From Bacteroidota bacterium (GTDB lineage: Bacteria > Bacteroidota > Bacteroidia > UBA4408), in contig JADKHO010000004.1 in NCBI GenBank assembly GCA_016721765.1, forward strand, positions 800,409 to 864,408: DNA of 64,000 nucleotides, in the 5' to 3' direction. Shown one piece after another: positions 9,261 through 19,501 of the stretch. Position numbers and translations under genes: made by a program. The notes beneath the pieces were generated by a model. It ran no database searches, had not been told where the DNA came from, and worked only from the letters and a program-made list of their open reading frames with translations. Numbering within the stretch: position 1 is the first letter of the stretch; each line of letters begins with the position of its first letter.

Positions 9261-10505
9261 TTGTGTAACGATTCCTATAAAATTATGATAACATCAAAAG
9301 ATGTGTTATTGAGCCTTCAAAAGCAAGGTGGATTGATGCCTCAGGAGGAAATGCTGGAAGTAGGGCGAAAGAAAGGTCAGCTCTTTATTGGAATTCCCAA
9401 AGAAATTTCGTTTCAGGAAAACCGCATTGCACTTGTGCCGGATGCGGTGGCTTTATTGGTAAATAATGGGCACCATATCGTGATTGAAACGAATGCCGGT
9501 AAAGCAGCTCATTTTGAAGATAAAGATTACAGCGAAGCTGGAGCGCAAATTGTGAGCAGTCCGGAAGAAGTATATAAAGCCGATATCATTTTAAAAGTAG
9601 CTCCTCCCTCTCCTGCCGAAATTGAAATGATGCAGCGCAAGCAAACCTTGATTTCGGCTTTACAATTTGCAGTGCAGCCCGCTAATTATGTGAAGCAACT
9701 GATAGATAAAAAAGTAACCGCCATAGCCTACGACTACATCAAAGACCGCGATGGAATTTATCCTATTATTCGCGCCATGAGCGAAATTGCCGGTAACACC
9801 TCCATTTTGATTGCAGCCGAATATTTGAGCAATTTAAGTATAGGACAAGGTTCTATGTTTGGAGGAATAACAGGCGTATCCCCTACCGATGTAGTGATTT
9901 TAGGAGCAGGAACCGTTGGAGAATTTGCCACCCGAGCTGCGCTTGGATTGGGTGCATCCGTTAAAATTTTCGACAACTCAGTATATCGCTTGCGACGTTT
10001 ACAAAGCGATTTGGGTATGCGTGTGTTTACTTCTTTACTTCAACCCAAAGTAGTAAGCAAAGCACTAAAAACCGCCGATGTTGTAATTGGTGCCATTCGA
10101 GCCCCGCACGGACGGACTCCTTGTGTAGTGAGCGAAGAGATGGTAATGGAGATGAAATACGGAGCTGTCCTTATCGACATCAGTATAGACCAAGGAGGAG
10201 TTTTTGAAACATCCGAGATAACCAATCATACACATCCTGTATTCCGCAAACATGGAGTAATTCATTACTGTGTTCCCAATATTGCATCCCGCGTTTCGCG
10301 CACTGCATCGTATGCCTTGAGCAATATATTTGCACCTATTTTATTGAATATTGGCGAAGAAGGCGGTATTGATAACATGCTTCGAAGAGATAGCGGTGTG
10401 CGTCATGGTGTATACGTGTATAGCGGAATTCTTACCAATCGCTTTTTGGGCGAAACCTATCACTTGCCATATAAAGATATTGATTTATTGATGGCCGTGA
10501 TTTAA
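9261..10505 (+). CDS. ald: Alanine dehydrogenase / PntA-family NAD(H)-binding enzyme (most likely alanine dehydrogenase)
   Basis: An AlaDH/PNT N-terminal domain (IGIPKEISFQENRIALVP) and a Rossmann motif VVILGAGTVGEFA. The ORF probably starts later than the track's 9261 (Met at about 9336 or 9351), because Ald proteins begin at the IGIPKE segment. Confidence 0.7.
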   Translation: MCNDSYKIMITSKDVLLSLQKQGGLMPQEEMLEVGRKKGQLFIGIPKEISFQENRIALVPDAVALLVNNGHHIVIETNAGKAAHFEDKDYSEAGAQIVSSPEEVYKADIILKVAPPSPAEIEMMQRKQTLISALQFAVQPANYVKQLIDKKVTAIAYDYIKDRDGIYPIIRAMSEIAGNTSILIAAEYLSNLSIGQGSMFGGITGVSPTDVVILGAGTVGEFATRAALGLGASVKIFDNSVYRLRRLQSDLGMRVFTSLLQPKVVSKALKTADVVIGAIRAPHGRTPCVVSEEMVMEMKYGAVLIDISIDQGGVFETSEITNHTHPVFRKHGVIHYCVPNIASRVSRTASYALSNIFAPILLNIGEEGGIDNMLRRDSGVRHGVYVYSGILTNRFLGETYHLPYKDIDLLMAVI

Positions 10506-10581
10506 TCCACCTTGATGCTGATAATTCTATTATTTTCTAAATCAAATACGCTTTTGTAGTGTTGCAATACTTAATTCTATT

Positions 10582-10983
10582 ATGACCACTTCCCGACGAA
10601 TAAGACTCTTTATAATTGGTGTGCTATTGGGTAGCATCATCATGTATTTTTTTGTTTTTAAAAATCGCAATGTATACAAATCACCAAGCGAAGTTATTCA
10701 TGGAAAGTTGCAAAGTCAGCATCTTGAATACAGCAAGCATGCACAATGTCGCATGAAATGCCGCAACATCAGCGAAAGCGAAGTGAAAGAAATTTTAATG
10801 AAAGGCGAGGTGAATTACACTAAAAGCCAAGTACATGATAAACCTTGCCCCTCTTATGCCTTAGAAGGCAAAACTTCGGACGGTCAGAATGTTCGAATTG
10901 TTTTTGCTGAATGTGATAGCGTTACCAAAGTTATTACTGCAATTGATTTGGGATTGGAGAATGATTCCTGCGCCTGCGAATAA
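10582..10983 (+). CDS. Membrane-anchored small protein with a DUF4258-like (RelE/colicin-E5-like toxin fold) C-terminal domain
   Basis: 133 aa with an N-terminal TM helix (LFIIGVLLGSIIMYFFVF). The distal part (HAQCRMKCRNISESEVKEIL..GKTSDGQNVRIVFA) resembles the DUF4258 consensus H..R...R.IS..EV. Assigned from memory, not by search. Confidence 0.4.
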   Translation: MTTSRRIRLFIIGVLLGSIIMYFFVFKNRNVYKSPSEVIHGKLQSQHLEYSKHAQCRMKCRNISESEVKEILMKGEVNYTKSQVHDKPCPSYALEGKTSDGQNVRIVFAECDSVTKVITAIDLGLENDSCACE

Positions 10984-11214
10984 CTAAAGTTTATTCCAAA
11001 TAAGATTCAAGCGCGGCGCTCTCCGCAACTTCTCTGCGCACCCTTCGGTTAAATCATTTCTTCAAAAAGTATTTCTTTAATTTAATAACACAAGCACATC
11101 CTAAAAAAACTCAAGAAATAATTATTGATACAATCTAAACATGAAATACACCTCCAAAAAAAATATTTTTTACTCATTTAAACCAATAAACTTTTCAGTT
11201 GTCTGAATAGAACT

Positions 11215-12228
11215 ATGTGGCATTTCCAAACAGGGATTTTAGTGTTTTTCCTTGCACTATCCATTTATACAAAGGCGCAGCAAGCAAGGCTATTTAAACC
11301 TTCCTTGGCTTTACATTATACGTATGTTCCGGAAAGTAAACTTCAGGATTCTGCAGGATCTTATTCAAAGCAAAGCGGTCAGCTCAGTTTTTTTATTCCC
11401 ATTTACAATCATATTATTTTAGGAGATTCCACGCACAAATCTTCTTACTTCCAGCTGATGACAAATGGCTCAGCAGCTTGGAGCAGTGCAGATTTATCGA
11501 ACGTAATGCAACAGCAACATCTACTTGGTGCATCGCTTGGTTTAAGTGCATTTTTGGTAAAAAACAGAAAAAACATTTTTTCCTTGTCTGTTAGTTCAAT
11601 GAGTCGAAATGATAACTATACCTTGGGTACTCCCGAAATTCGTTATGCCGGACTTGCACAATACCGTAGAAATGTGAGTAAGGGATTTTCGTTTCATATG
11701 GGATTGGGCTACTCCTATTTTATTGGTCGTGGTATTTTGTTTCCTGCACTGGGAATGAGTTTCAAAACAGGAAAACGAAGTCGCATGATTATTAATTTTC
11801 CGAGTCGCATATCTTTTGTGCAACGGATTGGTAACAAAGTTCGCCTTACTGCTTATTTAAAACCGCAGGGTGGATTTAATTACATTTCAAATCGAAGTGA
11901 ATACAGCCAATTTCCGAAGGCATTTTATTTTCGGCAAAGAGAAAATCATATAGGAATAACTACGAACATCAAGCTTAGCAATAGCTTTACCACAAGTGCT
12001 GACATCGGGTATGCTTTCCGCAGAAGCATCCGCCTAAGCGAAGGCCTGCAAAAAAACTCAAGTACCTTTTATAAAAGTGGAATTAATAATGGCGCCTATA
12101 TAGGTGTCGGACTTAAATATATTTTTGGTTCTCCAAAGCGCGATAAGGAAAAAGAAATTATTGGGAATGATTCCGAAAAGGAAGAGCTATTGAGTGATCC
12201 TGATTTTTATGATATTATTTCGGAGTAA
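11215..12228 (+). CDS. Hypothetical secreted / outer-membrane protein
   Basis: 337 aa. Signal peptide MWHFQTGILVFFLALSIYTKAQ and an alternating beta-strand-like pattern. No assignable family. Confidence 0.5.
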   Translation: MWHFQTGILVFFLALSIYTKAQQARLFKPSLALHYTYVPESKLQDSAGSYSKQSGQLSFFIPIYNHIILGDSTHKSSYFQLMTNGSAAWSSADLSNVMQQQHLLGASLGLSAFLVKNRKNIFSLSVSSMSRNDNYTLGTPEIRYAGLAQYRRNVSKGFSFHMGLGYSYFIGRGILFPALGMSFKTGKRSRMIINFPSRISFVQRIGNKVRLTAYLKPQGGFNYISNRSEYSQFPKAFYFRQRENHIGITTNIKLSNSFTTSADIGYAFRRSIRLSEGLQKNSSTFYKSGINNGAYIGVGLKYIFGSPKRDKEKEIIGNDSEKEELLSDPDFYDIISE

Positions 12229-12321
12229 AGGGATACACGATATTGCCCTTAAAACAATAAATAATTCAATTGATAGTGGTGTAATTAAGAATGCTCCAAC
12301 TCAGCTAAAGTAATTAAGGAG

Positions 12322-13056
12322 CTAATGTTGCGCTAATTTGTATTTTTTGATCAGTTTTAAGGTATGCTTCATTGAATTTGTGCCTTTCCAACTGTTGTGC
12401 CCCGGAATAATAAATTTAGGTTTTCCAAATTTAGTTTGGATGTTCTTTATTGTAACTGACCATTCATCCACACTGGCATCACCAAGATAACCTAAGTCTC
12501 TTGCCTCTGTACTTTTAATGAGGCAACCGCCATAAAGTATTTTCTCCTTTTCAAACCAAATTACAATATTGTCGGGCGCATGCCCCTTGCCGGGATAATA
12601 GGTTTGAAAAGTATTTTGTCCAACTTTAAATAAAGTATCTTTTTCAATCAAAAATTCGGCTCGCTTTTGATTGTTTAATTTTGAGATTTTATCAGTTTGA
12701 ACGCTTGTGTAGGTTTTTATTCCTTGTTTCTTAAAATAGTCGAGCCCGCCTGTTCTATCTTCATGCGAATGCGTGGCAATGCACAAAAGAATATCTTTCC
12801 CATGCGTTTTCTTGATATAATTAATGAGCGGTTGAAATTGAGTAGTATCCCAAGGCGTATCAAACACAACAGCGCCCTGTTCGGTTAAGAGATACATGCC
12901 ATTAGCCGGAACCTGATATTCCTTATATGCATTGTAAGTGGTGTACACATAAAAATTGCCGGTGAGTGGAGTTACCTGCAATTTATCTGCATTCGATTGC
13001 CCAAAAACGCAGTTCGAAATAAAACAAAAAACAAGTTGTAAGCGTAACAAAAGCAT
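12322..13056 (-). CDS. Subclass B1 metallo-beta-lactamase (BcII/BlaB/IND-like)
   Basis: 244 aa with a signal peptide. It has H-S-H-E-D (HxHxD; Zn1 His116/His118, Asp120) and YYPGKGHAPDNIVIW (His196). Cys221 appears as GGCLIKS and His263 as PGHN. The protein is collinear with the Bacillus cereus BcII sequence recalled from memory. Confidence 0.85.
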   Translation of the reverse strand: MLLLRLQLVFCFISNCVFGQSNADKLQVTPLTGNFYVYTTYNAYKEYQVPANGMYLLTEQGAVVFDTPWDTTQFQPLINYIKKTHGKDILLCIATHSHEDRTGGLDYFKKQGIKTYTSVQTDKISKLNNQKRAEFLIEKDTLFKVGQNTFQTYYPGKGHAPDNIVIWFEKEKILYGGCLIKSTEARDLGYLGDASVDEWSVTIKNIQTKFGKPKFIIPGHNSWKGTNSMKHTLKLIKKYKLAQH

Positions 13057-13162
13057 AAAGATTTTGAAGAATTTACAAGTGTTTGTAAATAGTAATTATA
13101 ATTGTTTCCCGTCAATGCTTCTCGCGCGTACAGCAGTTGTGGATGCTGTAATTCGGAAACAA

Positions 13163-13804
13163 TTAATGATTCAAAAACTCATATTTAATGGAACAATTAA
13201 TTCCGACGCCTACCCCGAAATTGCCGGTATTTTTAAAAATAAATGTTCCAAATCCAGGCTGTCCGTTGGTAGCATTATTTACATCCTGTTCAAAATTAAT
13301 ATCTTCAGGAGAAAAGAAATTAAATATAGTTCCAAAATCGATGCTGAAATTATTCGACATTTTAATGAGTGTTCCAATGCCAATGAAGGTTCCTTGCAGC
13401 TTTTGCTCGGTTTTGATGACAAATTTTGATGCTTCATAAAAATCATCCTCGTCGATATTAGCTGTTTGTTTAAAATAAGAATGAATGAATCCTGCTGTTA
13501 CGTATCCATTGCCTTTAGCGCTGTGTGGTGCAAAATACAAACGCGGACCAATTTTAAAATAATACCCTTCGATTTTATTGTGCAATAAATTTAAATTTTT
13601 TCCTGCGCTGGTGCTGAATTGATAGCCTAAATCGCAGGTCAAACCCAGTCGCTGGTTGAGCATAAATTCGGTATTGATTTCTGCGTCTTTAAAAACTGCA
13701 TTCAATACATTAATACCGGTGCTAAATTGATGGTATTTAGTTGAATCTTGAGCCATTGTAGAAAAGGAAAGCAAGGTCATAAAGGCAAAAAATAGTTTCT
13801 TCAT
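13163..13804 (-). CDS. Small outer-membrane beta-barrel protein (OmpA-like barrel / porin family)
   Basis: 213 aa. Signal peptide MKKLFFAFMTLLSFSTMAQ, alternating hydrophobic beta-strand pattern, and a C-terminal aromatic residue. Confidence 0.55.
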   Translation of the reverse strand: MKKLFFAFMTLLSFSTMAQDSTKYHQFSTGINVLNAVFKDAEINTEFMLNQRLGLTCDLGYQFSTSAGKNLNLLHNKIEGYYFKIGPRLYFAPHSAKGNGYVTAGFIHSYFKQTANIDEDDFYEASKFVIKTEQKLQGTFIGIGTLIKMSNNFSIDFGTIFNFFSPEDINFEQDVNNATNGQPGFGTFIFKNTGNFGVGVGINCSIKYEFLNH

Positions 13805-13809
13805 AGGTC

Positions 13810-14295
13810 CTACTTAGTTAGCTGTAATTTTAAAATCTTATTTGCTTCGTCAAACTCTGGGTTTTTCGTTTTTTGCGAAAAAGTACAAATGGCAACTGTT
13901 GGTTTATCAATAGTGAGACGGTATCCACATTCATCCGAAAATTCAGCACGTGCGTTGTAATTATTCACCATCAAGGTTTCGGGTGCAACCGTATCTCCCT
14001 TGAATACGAAAGTGGTTTGTTCGTAATTATGCGCAATGGGTAATTTTAAGGAGGTGAATGCACTCCCATAACTGTAATCGTAATAACCATTGTAATCGGT
14101 CGGGTATGATTGGTTTACCTCAAGCACCACAAATGAGGAATAGCCGTTGGCCACAAAACCACCAATTCCGGAATAACTACCAATTTTAACGTTCAAATAA
14201 TCTTTGGTTACCAATCCAACCGAATTGCACGGTTGCTGCTTGCTACATGCGGCGAATAGAATGCCAACCGACAGTCCCAAAATCAGTTTTTTCAT
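13810..14295 (-). CDS. Hypothetical lipoprotein
   Basis: The internal Met yields [20 protein letters not shown], a lipobox with Cys. The ORF track starts at 14379, but that extension has no signal peptide, so the shorter form is preferred. Confidence 0.5.
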   Translation of the reverse strand: MKKLILGLSVGILFAACSKQQPCNSVGLVTKDYLNVKIGSYSGIGGFVANGYSSFVVLEVNQSYPTDYNGYYDYSYGSAFTSLKLPIAHNYEQTTFVFKGDTVAPETLMVNNYNARAEFSDECGYRLTIDKPTVAICTFSQKTKNPEFDEANKILKLQLTK

Positions 14296-14391
14296 GTTGA
14301 AAATCTTTTTATAAAAGTAGAAATTATTTTGAACTCTGCTGCACCTAGAATTGCCTCTTGTTTTATTACCTTTGCACACTTAAAAAAAAAT

Positions 14392-15828
14392 ATGGCCATT
14401 CAAAAACCCTCTATTCCTAAAGGAACACGTGATTTTTCGCCGAGTGAAATGGTGAAACGGAATTATATTTTTGATTGCATCCGCACCCATTTTCAGCGCT
14501 TTGGGTTTTTGCCTATTGAAACTCCAGCCATGGAGAACCTGAGTACTTTAATGGGAAAGTATGGGGAAGAAGGGGATAAATTGATTTTTAAGATTTTGAA
14601 TTCAGGGAATTTTCTCACCAACATCGGTATCGATAAAAAAACTGTTGAAGAGTCAAATTCATGGAAGGAAAATTTTGTAGGAGATAAATTACCGCTTGAA
14701 GGTGTAATAAATGCTAATCAATTAAGCAATCTCATCTCTGAAAAGGCTCTAAAATACGATCTCACAGTACCCTTTGCCCGGTACGTTGTGCAACATCAAA
14801 ATGAAATTACCTTTCCGTTTAAGCGTTACCAAATACAACCGGTGTGGCGTGCCGACCGTCCCCAAAAAGGGCGTTACCGTGAGTTTTACCAGTGTGATGC
14901 CGATGTAATTGGAAGCAATTCATTACTGAATGAAGTAGAATTGGTGCAATTGATGGATGCCGTGTTTTCGGATTTAAAACTTCCGGTAATCATCAAAATC
15001 AACAACCGAAAAATATTGAGCGGCATTGCCGAAATAATTGGCGAAAAAGAGCGCATCATCGACATAACCGTTGCCATTGATAAATTAGATAAAATAGGTG
15101 TTGATGGGGTAAATAAAGAATTGGCTGAAGCCGGATTGAATTCAATTGCCATAGAAAAACTTCAGCCTTTGATAAACTTTGAAGGAACAACACTTGAAAA
15201 ACTAAATTTCTTAAAGCAATTGCTATCGAGCTCGCCCATAGGAGTTAAGGGAATTGAAGAGGTGGAACGTATTTTTGAAACCCTTCAACTATGCAAACTT
15301 AAGACAGCCCTTTTTGAGTTAGACATAACCTTAGCGCGTGGCCTAAATTATTACACCGGTGCCATTTTTGAAGTTAAAGCCAATGCAGGTAGCCTAAGAA
15401 GCAGCATTTGCGGTGGCGGCAGATACGATGACTTAACCGGCATATTTGGCTTGCCCAATATGAGTGGCGTGGGAATTTCATTTGGTGCGGATAGAATTTA
15501 TGATGTGTTGGAGGAATTAAATTTATTCCCTGAAAGTGTTGCCGCATCAACCAAAATTCTTTTTGTAAACTTTGGAAAAGCTGAAGAGAATTATTGCTTG
15601 CCATTGTTATCTAAATTACGGGATGCGGGTATTAACGCTGAACTCTATCCAGAATCAGCTAAAATGAAAAAGCAAATGAGTTATGCCGACGATAAAAAAA
15701 TACCTTATGTTGTACTGGTTGGTGGAGATGAAATTAACAGCGGTCAATTAACCGTTAAAAACATGCAGTTAGGCGAGCAAAGTAAAATGGATATTGACAG
15801 CTTGCTAAAAAGCATGCTTCAGTCCTAG
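14392..15828 (+). CDS. hisS: Histidine--tRNA ligase
   Basis: A class II aaRS with the HisRS N-terminus [20 protein letters not shown]. Motif 2 [11 protein letters not shown] and a C-terminal anticodon-binding domain are present. The start is moved to the internal Met at 14392. Confidence 0.9.
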   Translation: MAIQKPSIPKGTRDFSPSEMVKRNYIFDCIRTHFQRFGFLPIETPAMENLSTLMGKYGEEGDKLIFKILNSGNFLTNIGIDKKTVEESNSWKENFVGDKLPLEGVINANQLSNLISEKALKYDLTVPFARYVVQHQNEITFPFKRYQIQPVWRADRPQKGRYREFYQCDADVIGSNSLLNEVELVQLMDAVFSDLKLPVIIKINNRKILSGIAEIIGEKERIIDITVAIDKLDKIGVDGVNKELAEAGLNSIAIEKLQPLINFEGTTLEKLNFLKQLLSSSPIGVKGIEEVERIFETLQLCKLKTALFELDITLARGLNYYTGAIFEVKANAGSLRSSICGGGRYDDLTGIFGLPNMSGVGISFGADRIYDVLEELNLFPESVAASTKILFVNFGKAEENYCLPLLSKLRDAGINAELYPESAKMKKQMSYADDKKIPYVVLVGGDEINSGQLTVKNMQLGEQSKMDIDSLLKSMLQS

Positions 15829-15930
15829 TGCCGGTAGCAATTTTTAATTAAGAAAAAGTAACAAATTAACACCTGTAAGGAAAGCAATCGTATTAAAAAA
15901 ATCAATTACTTTGTTTCAAATTTTAAGCCC

Positions 15931-16698
15931 ATGAGCGCATTAGGTAATGTATATTCATCCGTAGAAAAAGGAATTGGAACGGTAACATTTTTTCATCCAC
16001 AAAGCAATTCATTGCCTGGAGAATTGTTACGTAAACTCGCCGCAGAAATCACCAAACTAGGAAATGAGACCTCCTGCAAAGTGATAGTACTGCAAAGTGA
16101 AGGAGAAAAGGCATTCTGCGCCGGAGCCAGTTTTGACGAATTGGTTTCGCTTGAAAACCTCGAAATGGGCAAGCACTTTTTTTCAGGATTTGCACTCGTA
16201 ATTAATGCCATTCGCAAGGCACCAAAATTTGTAATTGCGCGTGTTCAGGGTAAAGCAGTAGGTGGAGGTGTTGGATTAGCCAGTGCCGCCGACTATACCT
16301 TAGCGATGGACAATGCATCTATAAAATTAAGTGAATTGGCTGTGGGTATTGGTCCATTTGTGGTGGGTCCGGCAGTTGAACGCAAAATTGGAACCGCTGC
16401 TTTTTCCTCCTTAAGCATAAATGCTAGCGAATGGCAAACGGCAGAATGGGCCAAAGAAAAAGGCTTGTATGCCGATACGTTTTCCACTATCGAAAATTTG
16501 GATAGCGCTATTCTTGCTTTGGCCGAAAAACTTGCTTTTAGTAATCCTGAAGCCATGCAATTATTAAAGCAAGTGCAGTGGGAAGGAACCGAAAACTGGG
16601 ATACACTATTGCTCGAACGTGCTGAAATGAGTGGCAAATTGGTGCTTTCAGATTTCACTCGTAATGCAATTGCAAAATTTAAAACTGGCGTAAGATAA
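15931..16698 (+). CDS. Enoyl-CoA hydratase/isomerase (crotonase) family protein
   Basis: 255 aa with a crotonase fold: the FCAGASFDE oxyanion-hole region and the GKAVGGGVGLASAADY motif. Confidence 0.8.
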   Translation: MSALGNVYSSVEKGIGTVTFFHPQSNSLPGELLRKLAAEITKLGNETSCKVIVLQSEGEKAFCAGASFDELVSLENLEMGKHFFSGFALVINAIRKAPKFVIARVQGKAVGGGVGLASAADYTLAMDNASIKLSELAVGIGPFVVGPAVERKIGTAAFSSLSINASEWQTAEWAKEKGLYADTFSTIENLDSAILALAEKLAFSNPEAMQLLKQVQWEGTENWDTLLLERAEMSGKLVLSDFTRNAIAKFKTGVR

Positions 16699-16760
16699 AA
16701 CCGCTTGGTTATAATGAACTCTGCGGAAGCACAAACTACCGCATCAAAATAAAAATTACA

Positions 16761-18848
16761 TTGGAAACTCAAACCGTACCAAATATAAATTCAAAAATAC
16801 CGGCAACAACTTTGCTAAAAGCCTTCGAGCTTATGTGCACCGCTAAAGCGATGACAGAGTTGTATGAGGCCAATAAAGATGTAACTGCAAAGTATGTGCA
16901 TGCCACATCACGCGGTCACGAAGCCATACAACTTGCGCTTGGACTGCAATTGAAAGCGCAAGACTACTTATCGGCTTATTATCGAGATGACAGTATGCTG
17001 CTCGCTATTGGCATGGAGCCTTATGAATTAATGTTGCAATTAATGGCCAAGCGTGATGATCCTTTTTCGGGTGGACGCTTGTACTATTGCCATCCGAGTT
17101 TGCGTAGAGATAACATGCCCAAAATACCTATGCAGTCGTCGGCAACCGGCATGCAGGCAATTCCGGCTACCGGTGTTGCAATGGGTTTACAGTACTTGGA
17201 AAATGAAAAATTAGCTCCTGATTATGGCGCTGATAAACCGCTTGTGGTGTGTTCCTTAGGAGATGCTTCCATTACTGAAGGCGAAGTTGCTGAGGCTTTT
17301 CAGATGGCAGTACTTAAAAAATTTCCGATACTGTATTTGGTGCAAGACAATGAGTGGGACATCAGTGCCAATGCAAAGGAGTTTCGTGCTCAAGACGCGA
17401 GTGAATATGCCAAGGGCTTTAAAGGATTGGAAACACGCACCATTGATGGCACCGATTTTTTTAGGTGTTATGAAGTGTTGGAAGAAGTGATGCAAAAAAT
17501 ACGAACCGAACGCAGGCCTTTTTTAGTGCACGCCAAAGTTCCTTTATTGAATCACCATACATCAGGTGTGCGTAAAGAATGGTATCGTGATGATTTATTG
17601 GAAGCCTCAAAAAGAGACCCTTTTCCACGTTTCAAAAACCAATTAATTGTGGCCGGTTTCGACCGATTTGAATTGACCAAAATGGAAGAAGCGGCTACTA
17701 AAAAAGTTGCAGAAGATTTTGCGAAGGCTGCTGCTGCAGAAGATCCGAAACCGGAAGATTTATTTTTGCACGACTTTGCTCCTACTCCCGTTACTGAAGA
17801 AAAAGGAATTCGTGAACCGCAAGGAAAAGAAAAAACGGTTATGGTGGATTGCGCTTTGTTTGCGGTGCAAGAACTGATGACCAAGCATAAGGAATGTCTG
17901 CTCTATGGACAAGATGTAGGAGGCAGACTTGGTGGAGTATTCCGTGAAGCGGCAACACTTGCGCAAAAGTTTGGCGACAATCGTGTTTTTAATACGCCCA
18001 TTCAAGAAGCATTTATTATTGGAAGTACTGCAGGAATGAGTGCTACAGGATGCAAACCCATAGTAGAAGTGCAATTTGCAGATTACATTTGGCCGGGTTT
18101 AAATCAGTTGTTTACAGAGGTGAGCCGTTCCTGTTATTTAAGCAATGGCAAATGGCCGGTGAGTTGCATTATTCGTGTGCCCATTGGTGCTTATGGAAGC
18201 GGAGGTCCTTACCATTCTTCGAGTGTAGAATCTGTTTTGACAAATATTGGAGGGATAAAAATCGCTTATCCTAGCACCGGTGCCGATTTAAAAGGCTTGA
18301 TGAAAGCAGCATATTATGACCCTAATCCTGTGGTGATGTTAGAGCACAAAGGTCTTTACTGGAGCAAAATAAAAGGTACAGAAGATGCGAAAACAATTGA
18401 GCCGGATGAGGACTATATTATTCCATTTGGTAAGGCAAGAACTGTTCTTACAGCGTCAGAGGATTGCATTAAAAAAGGCAAAACGCTATGCATAATTACT
18501 TATGGAATGGGCGTGTATTGGGCGAAAGAAGCGGCTAAGAATTTTCCTTCCCAAATAGAAATTTTGGATTTACGTACACTTGTTCCATTGGATACAGAAA
18601 GCATTTATGCATCCGTAAAAAAACACAGCAAATGTATTGTGCTCACCGAAGAGCCTACTGTAAACAGTTTTGCGCAAAGTTTAGCCGGAAAAATTTCGAA
18701 AAATTGCTTTCAGTTTTTGGATGCTCCTGTAGAAGTGGTGGGTTCGGAAAATTTACCTGCTATACCGCTTAATGCAACCTTAGAAGCCACGATGTTACCC
18801 AATGCTGAGAAAGTGGCGGCTGTGATTGCAGGGATGTTGGTGTGTTAA
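16761..18848 (+). CDS. Fused 2-oxoacid dehydrogenase E1 component, alpha/beta subunits in one polypeptide (TPP-dependent)
   Basis: 695 aa. The N-terminal half is E1-alpha-like (TPP binding: GDASITEGE). The C-terminal half is E1-beta/transketolase-like. This fusion is common in Bacteroidota. Confidence 0.8.
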   Translation: METQTVPNINSKIPATTLLKAFELMCTAKAMTELYEANKDVTAKYVHATSRGHEAIQLALGLQLKAQDYLSAYYRDDSMLLAIGMEPYELMLQLMAKRDDPFSGGRLYYCHPSLRRDNMPKIPMQSSATGMQAIPATGVAMGLQYLENEKLAPDYGADKPLVVCSLGDASITEGEVAEAFQMAVLKKFPILYLVQDNEWDISANAKEFRAQDASEYAKGFKGLETRTIDGTDFFRCYEVLEEVMQKIRTERRPFLVHAKVPLLNHHTSGVRKEWYRDDLLEASKRDPFPRFKNQLIVAGFDRFELTKMEEAATKKVAEDFAKAAAAEDPKPEDLFLHDFAPTPVTEEKGIREPQGKEKTVMVDCALFAVQELMTKHKECLLYGQDVGGRLGGVFREAATLAQKFGDNRVFNTPIQEAFIIGSTAGMSATGCKPIVEVQFADYIWPGLNQLFTEVSRSCYLSNGKWPVSCIIRVPIGAYGSGGPYHSSSVESVLTNIGGIKIAYPSTGADLKGLMKAAYYDPNPVVMLEHKGLYWSKIKGTEDAKTIEPDEDYIIPFGKARTVLTASEDCIKKGKTLCIITYGMGVYWAKEAAKNFPSQIEILDLRTLVPLDTESIYASVKKHSKCIVLTEEPTVNSFAQSLAGKISKNCFQFLDAPVEVVGSENLPAIPLNATLEATMLPNAEKVAAVIAGMLVC

Positions 18849-19498
18849 ATTTCTGATACTTCCTCTCGTTTAGGTTTTCTCAAGTGAATTTTGGATTCCT
18901 TTTTTGCGAGTAATCGTTCAATATTTTTTTGGTGCGTTATCAATACAATAACCGTGATAAACATGCTAAAAATAACCATGGAAGGCACCCGCGAGTCCAT
19001 TGCAAAAATAACTACATTGGGAAAAGCAAAGGAAGCAATAATGGAGCTGAGTGAAACGTATTTAGTAGATAGAAATACAATAATAAAGACAGCAAGTGAA
19101 ATTAATGCAGCGGTAGGATTGAGTGCCAACACAATTCCCAATAAGGTTGCAACTCCCTTGCCTCCTCTAAATCCCACATATACAGGAAATACATGCCCCA
19201 TTAATGCGGCAACAGCAAACACCAATTCGAGATCTACTAACAAGGCTGAGCCCGGTGCATAATCACTAATCAAAACAGCGAGGCGCACGGAGAACCAACC
19301 CTTTAAAACATCAATAATCAACACTGGAATTCCTGCCTTATATCCCAGTACTCTAAAGGTATTGGTAGCACCTGAATTTCCGCTTCCGAATTCGCGTACA
19401 TCAATGTTATAAAAATACTGCCCAATCCACACTGAAGTTGGTATAGAACCTAGCAAATAGGCAATAATCAAATACAGAATATTTTCGGGTGTTATCAT
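18845..19498 (-). CDS. plsY: Glycerol-3-phosphate acyltransferase PlsY
   Basis: 217 aa polytopic membrane protein with the PlsY motifs LLGSIPTS and SGNSGATN. Confidence 0.85.
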   Translation of the reverse strand: MITPENILYLIIAYLLGSIPTSVWIGQYFYNIDVREFGSGNSGATNTFRVLGYKAGIPVLIIDVLKGWFSVRLAVLISDYAPGSALLVDLELVFAVAALMGHVFPVYVGFRGGKGVATLLGIVLALNPTAALISLAVFIIVFLSTKYVSLSSIIASFAFPNVVIFAMDSRVPSMVIFSMFITVIVLITHQKNIERLLAKKESKIHLRKPKREEVSEI

Positions 19499-19501
19499 GA
19501 A

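Noticed and set aside
9065-9268. 67-aa ORF (MCFKKNFLKKNTKAHRPILYETNVYYDPMCC...)
   Set aside because: It lies entirely within the 86-bp tandem repeat array and is an artefact of the repeat being open in one frame.
12697-13439. ORFs 12697..12888, 12956..13429 and 13188..13439 on the plus strand
   Set aside because: They overlap the well-supported minus-strand metallo-beta-lactamase and OM beta-barrel genes and have no signal or motif support, so they are shadow ORFs.
14329-14391. N-terminal extension of hisS ([21 protein letters not shown]-), and similar extensions at 40479-40574 for lptB and 14296-14379 for the lipoprotein
   Set aside because: The extensions overlap the divergent upstream gene or the promoter and lack homology. 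The internal Met gives canonical N-termini ([15 protein letters not shown] for HisS, MILRTENL for LptB, a lipobox signal peptide for the lipoprotein).
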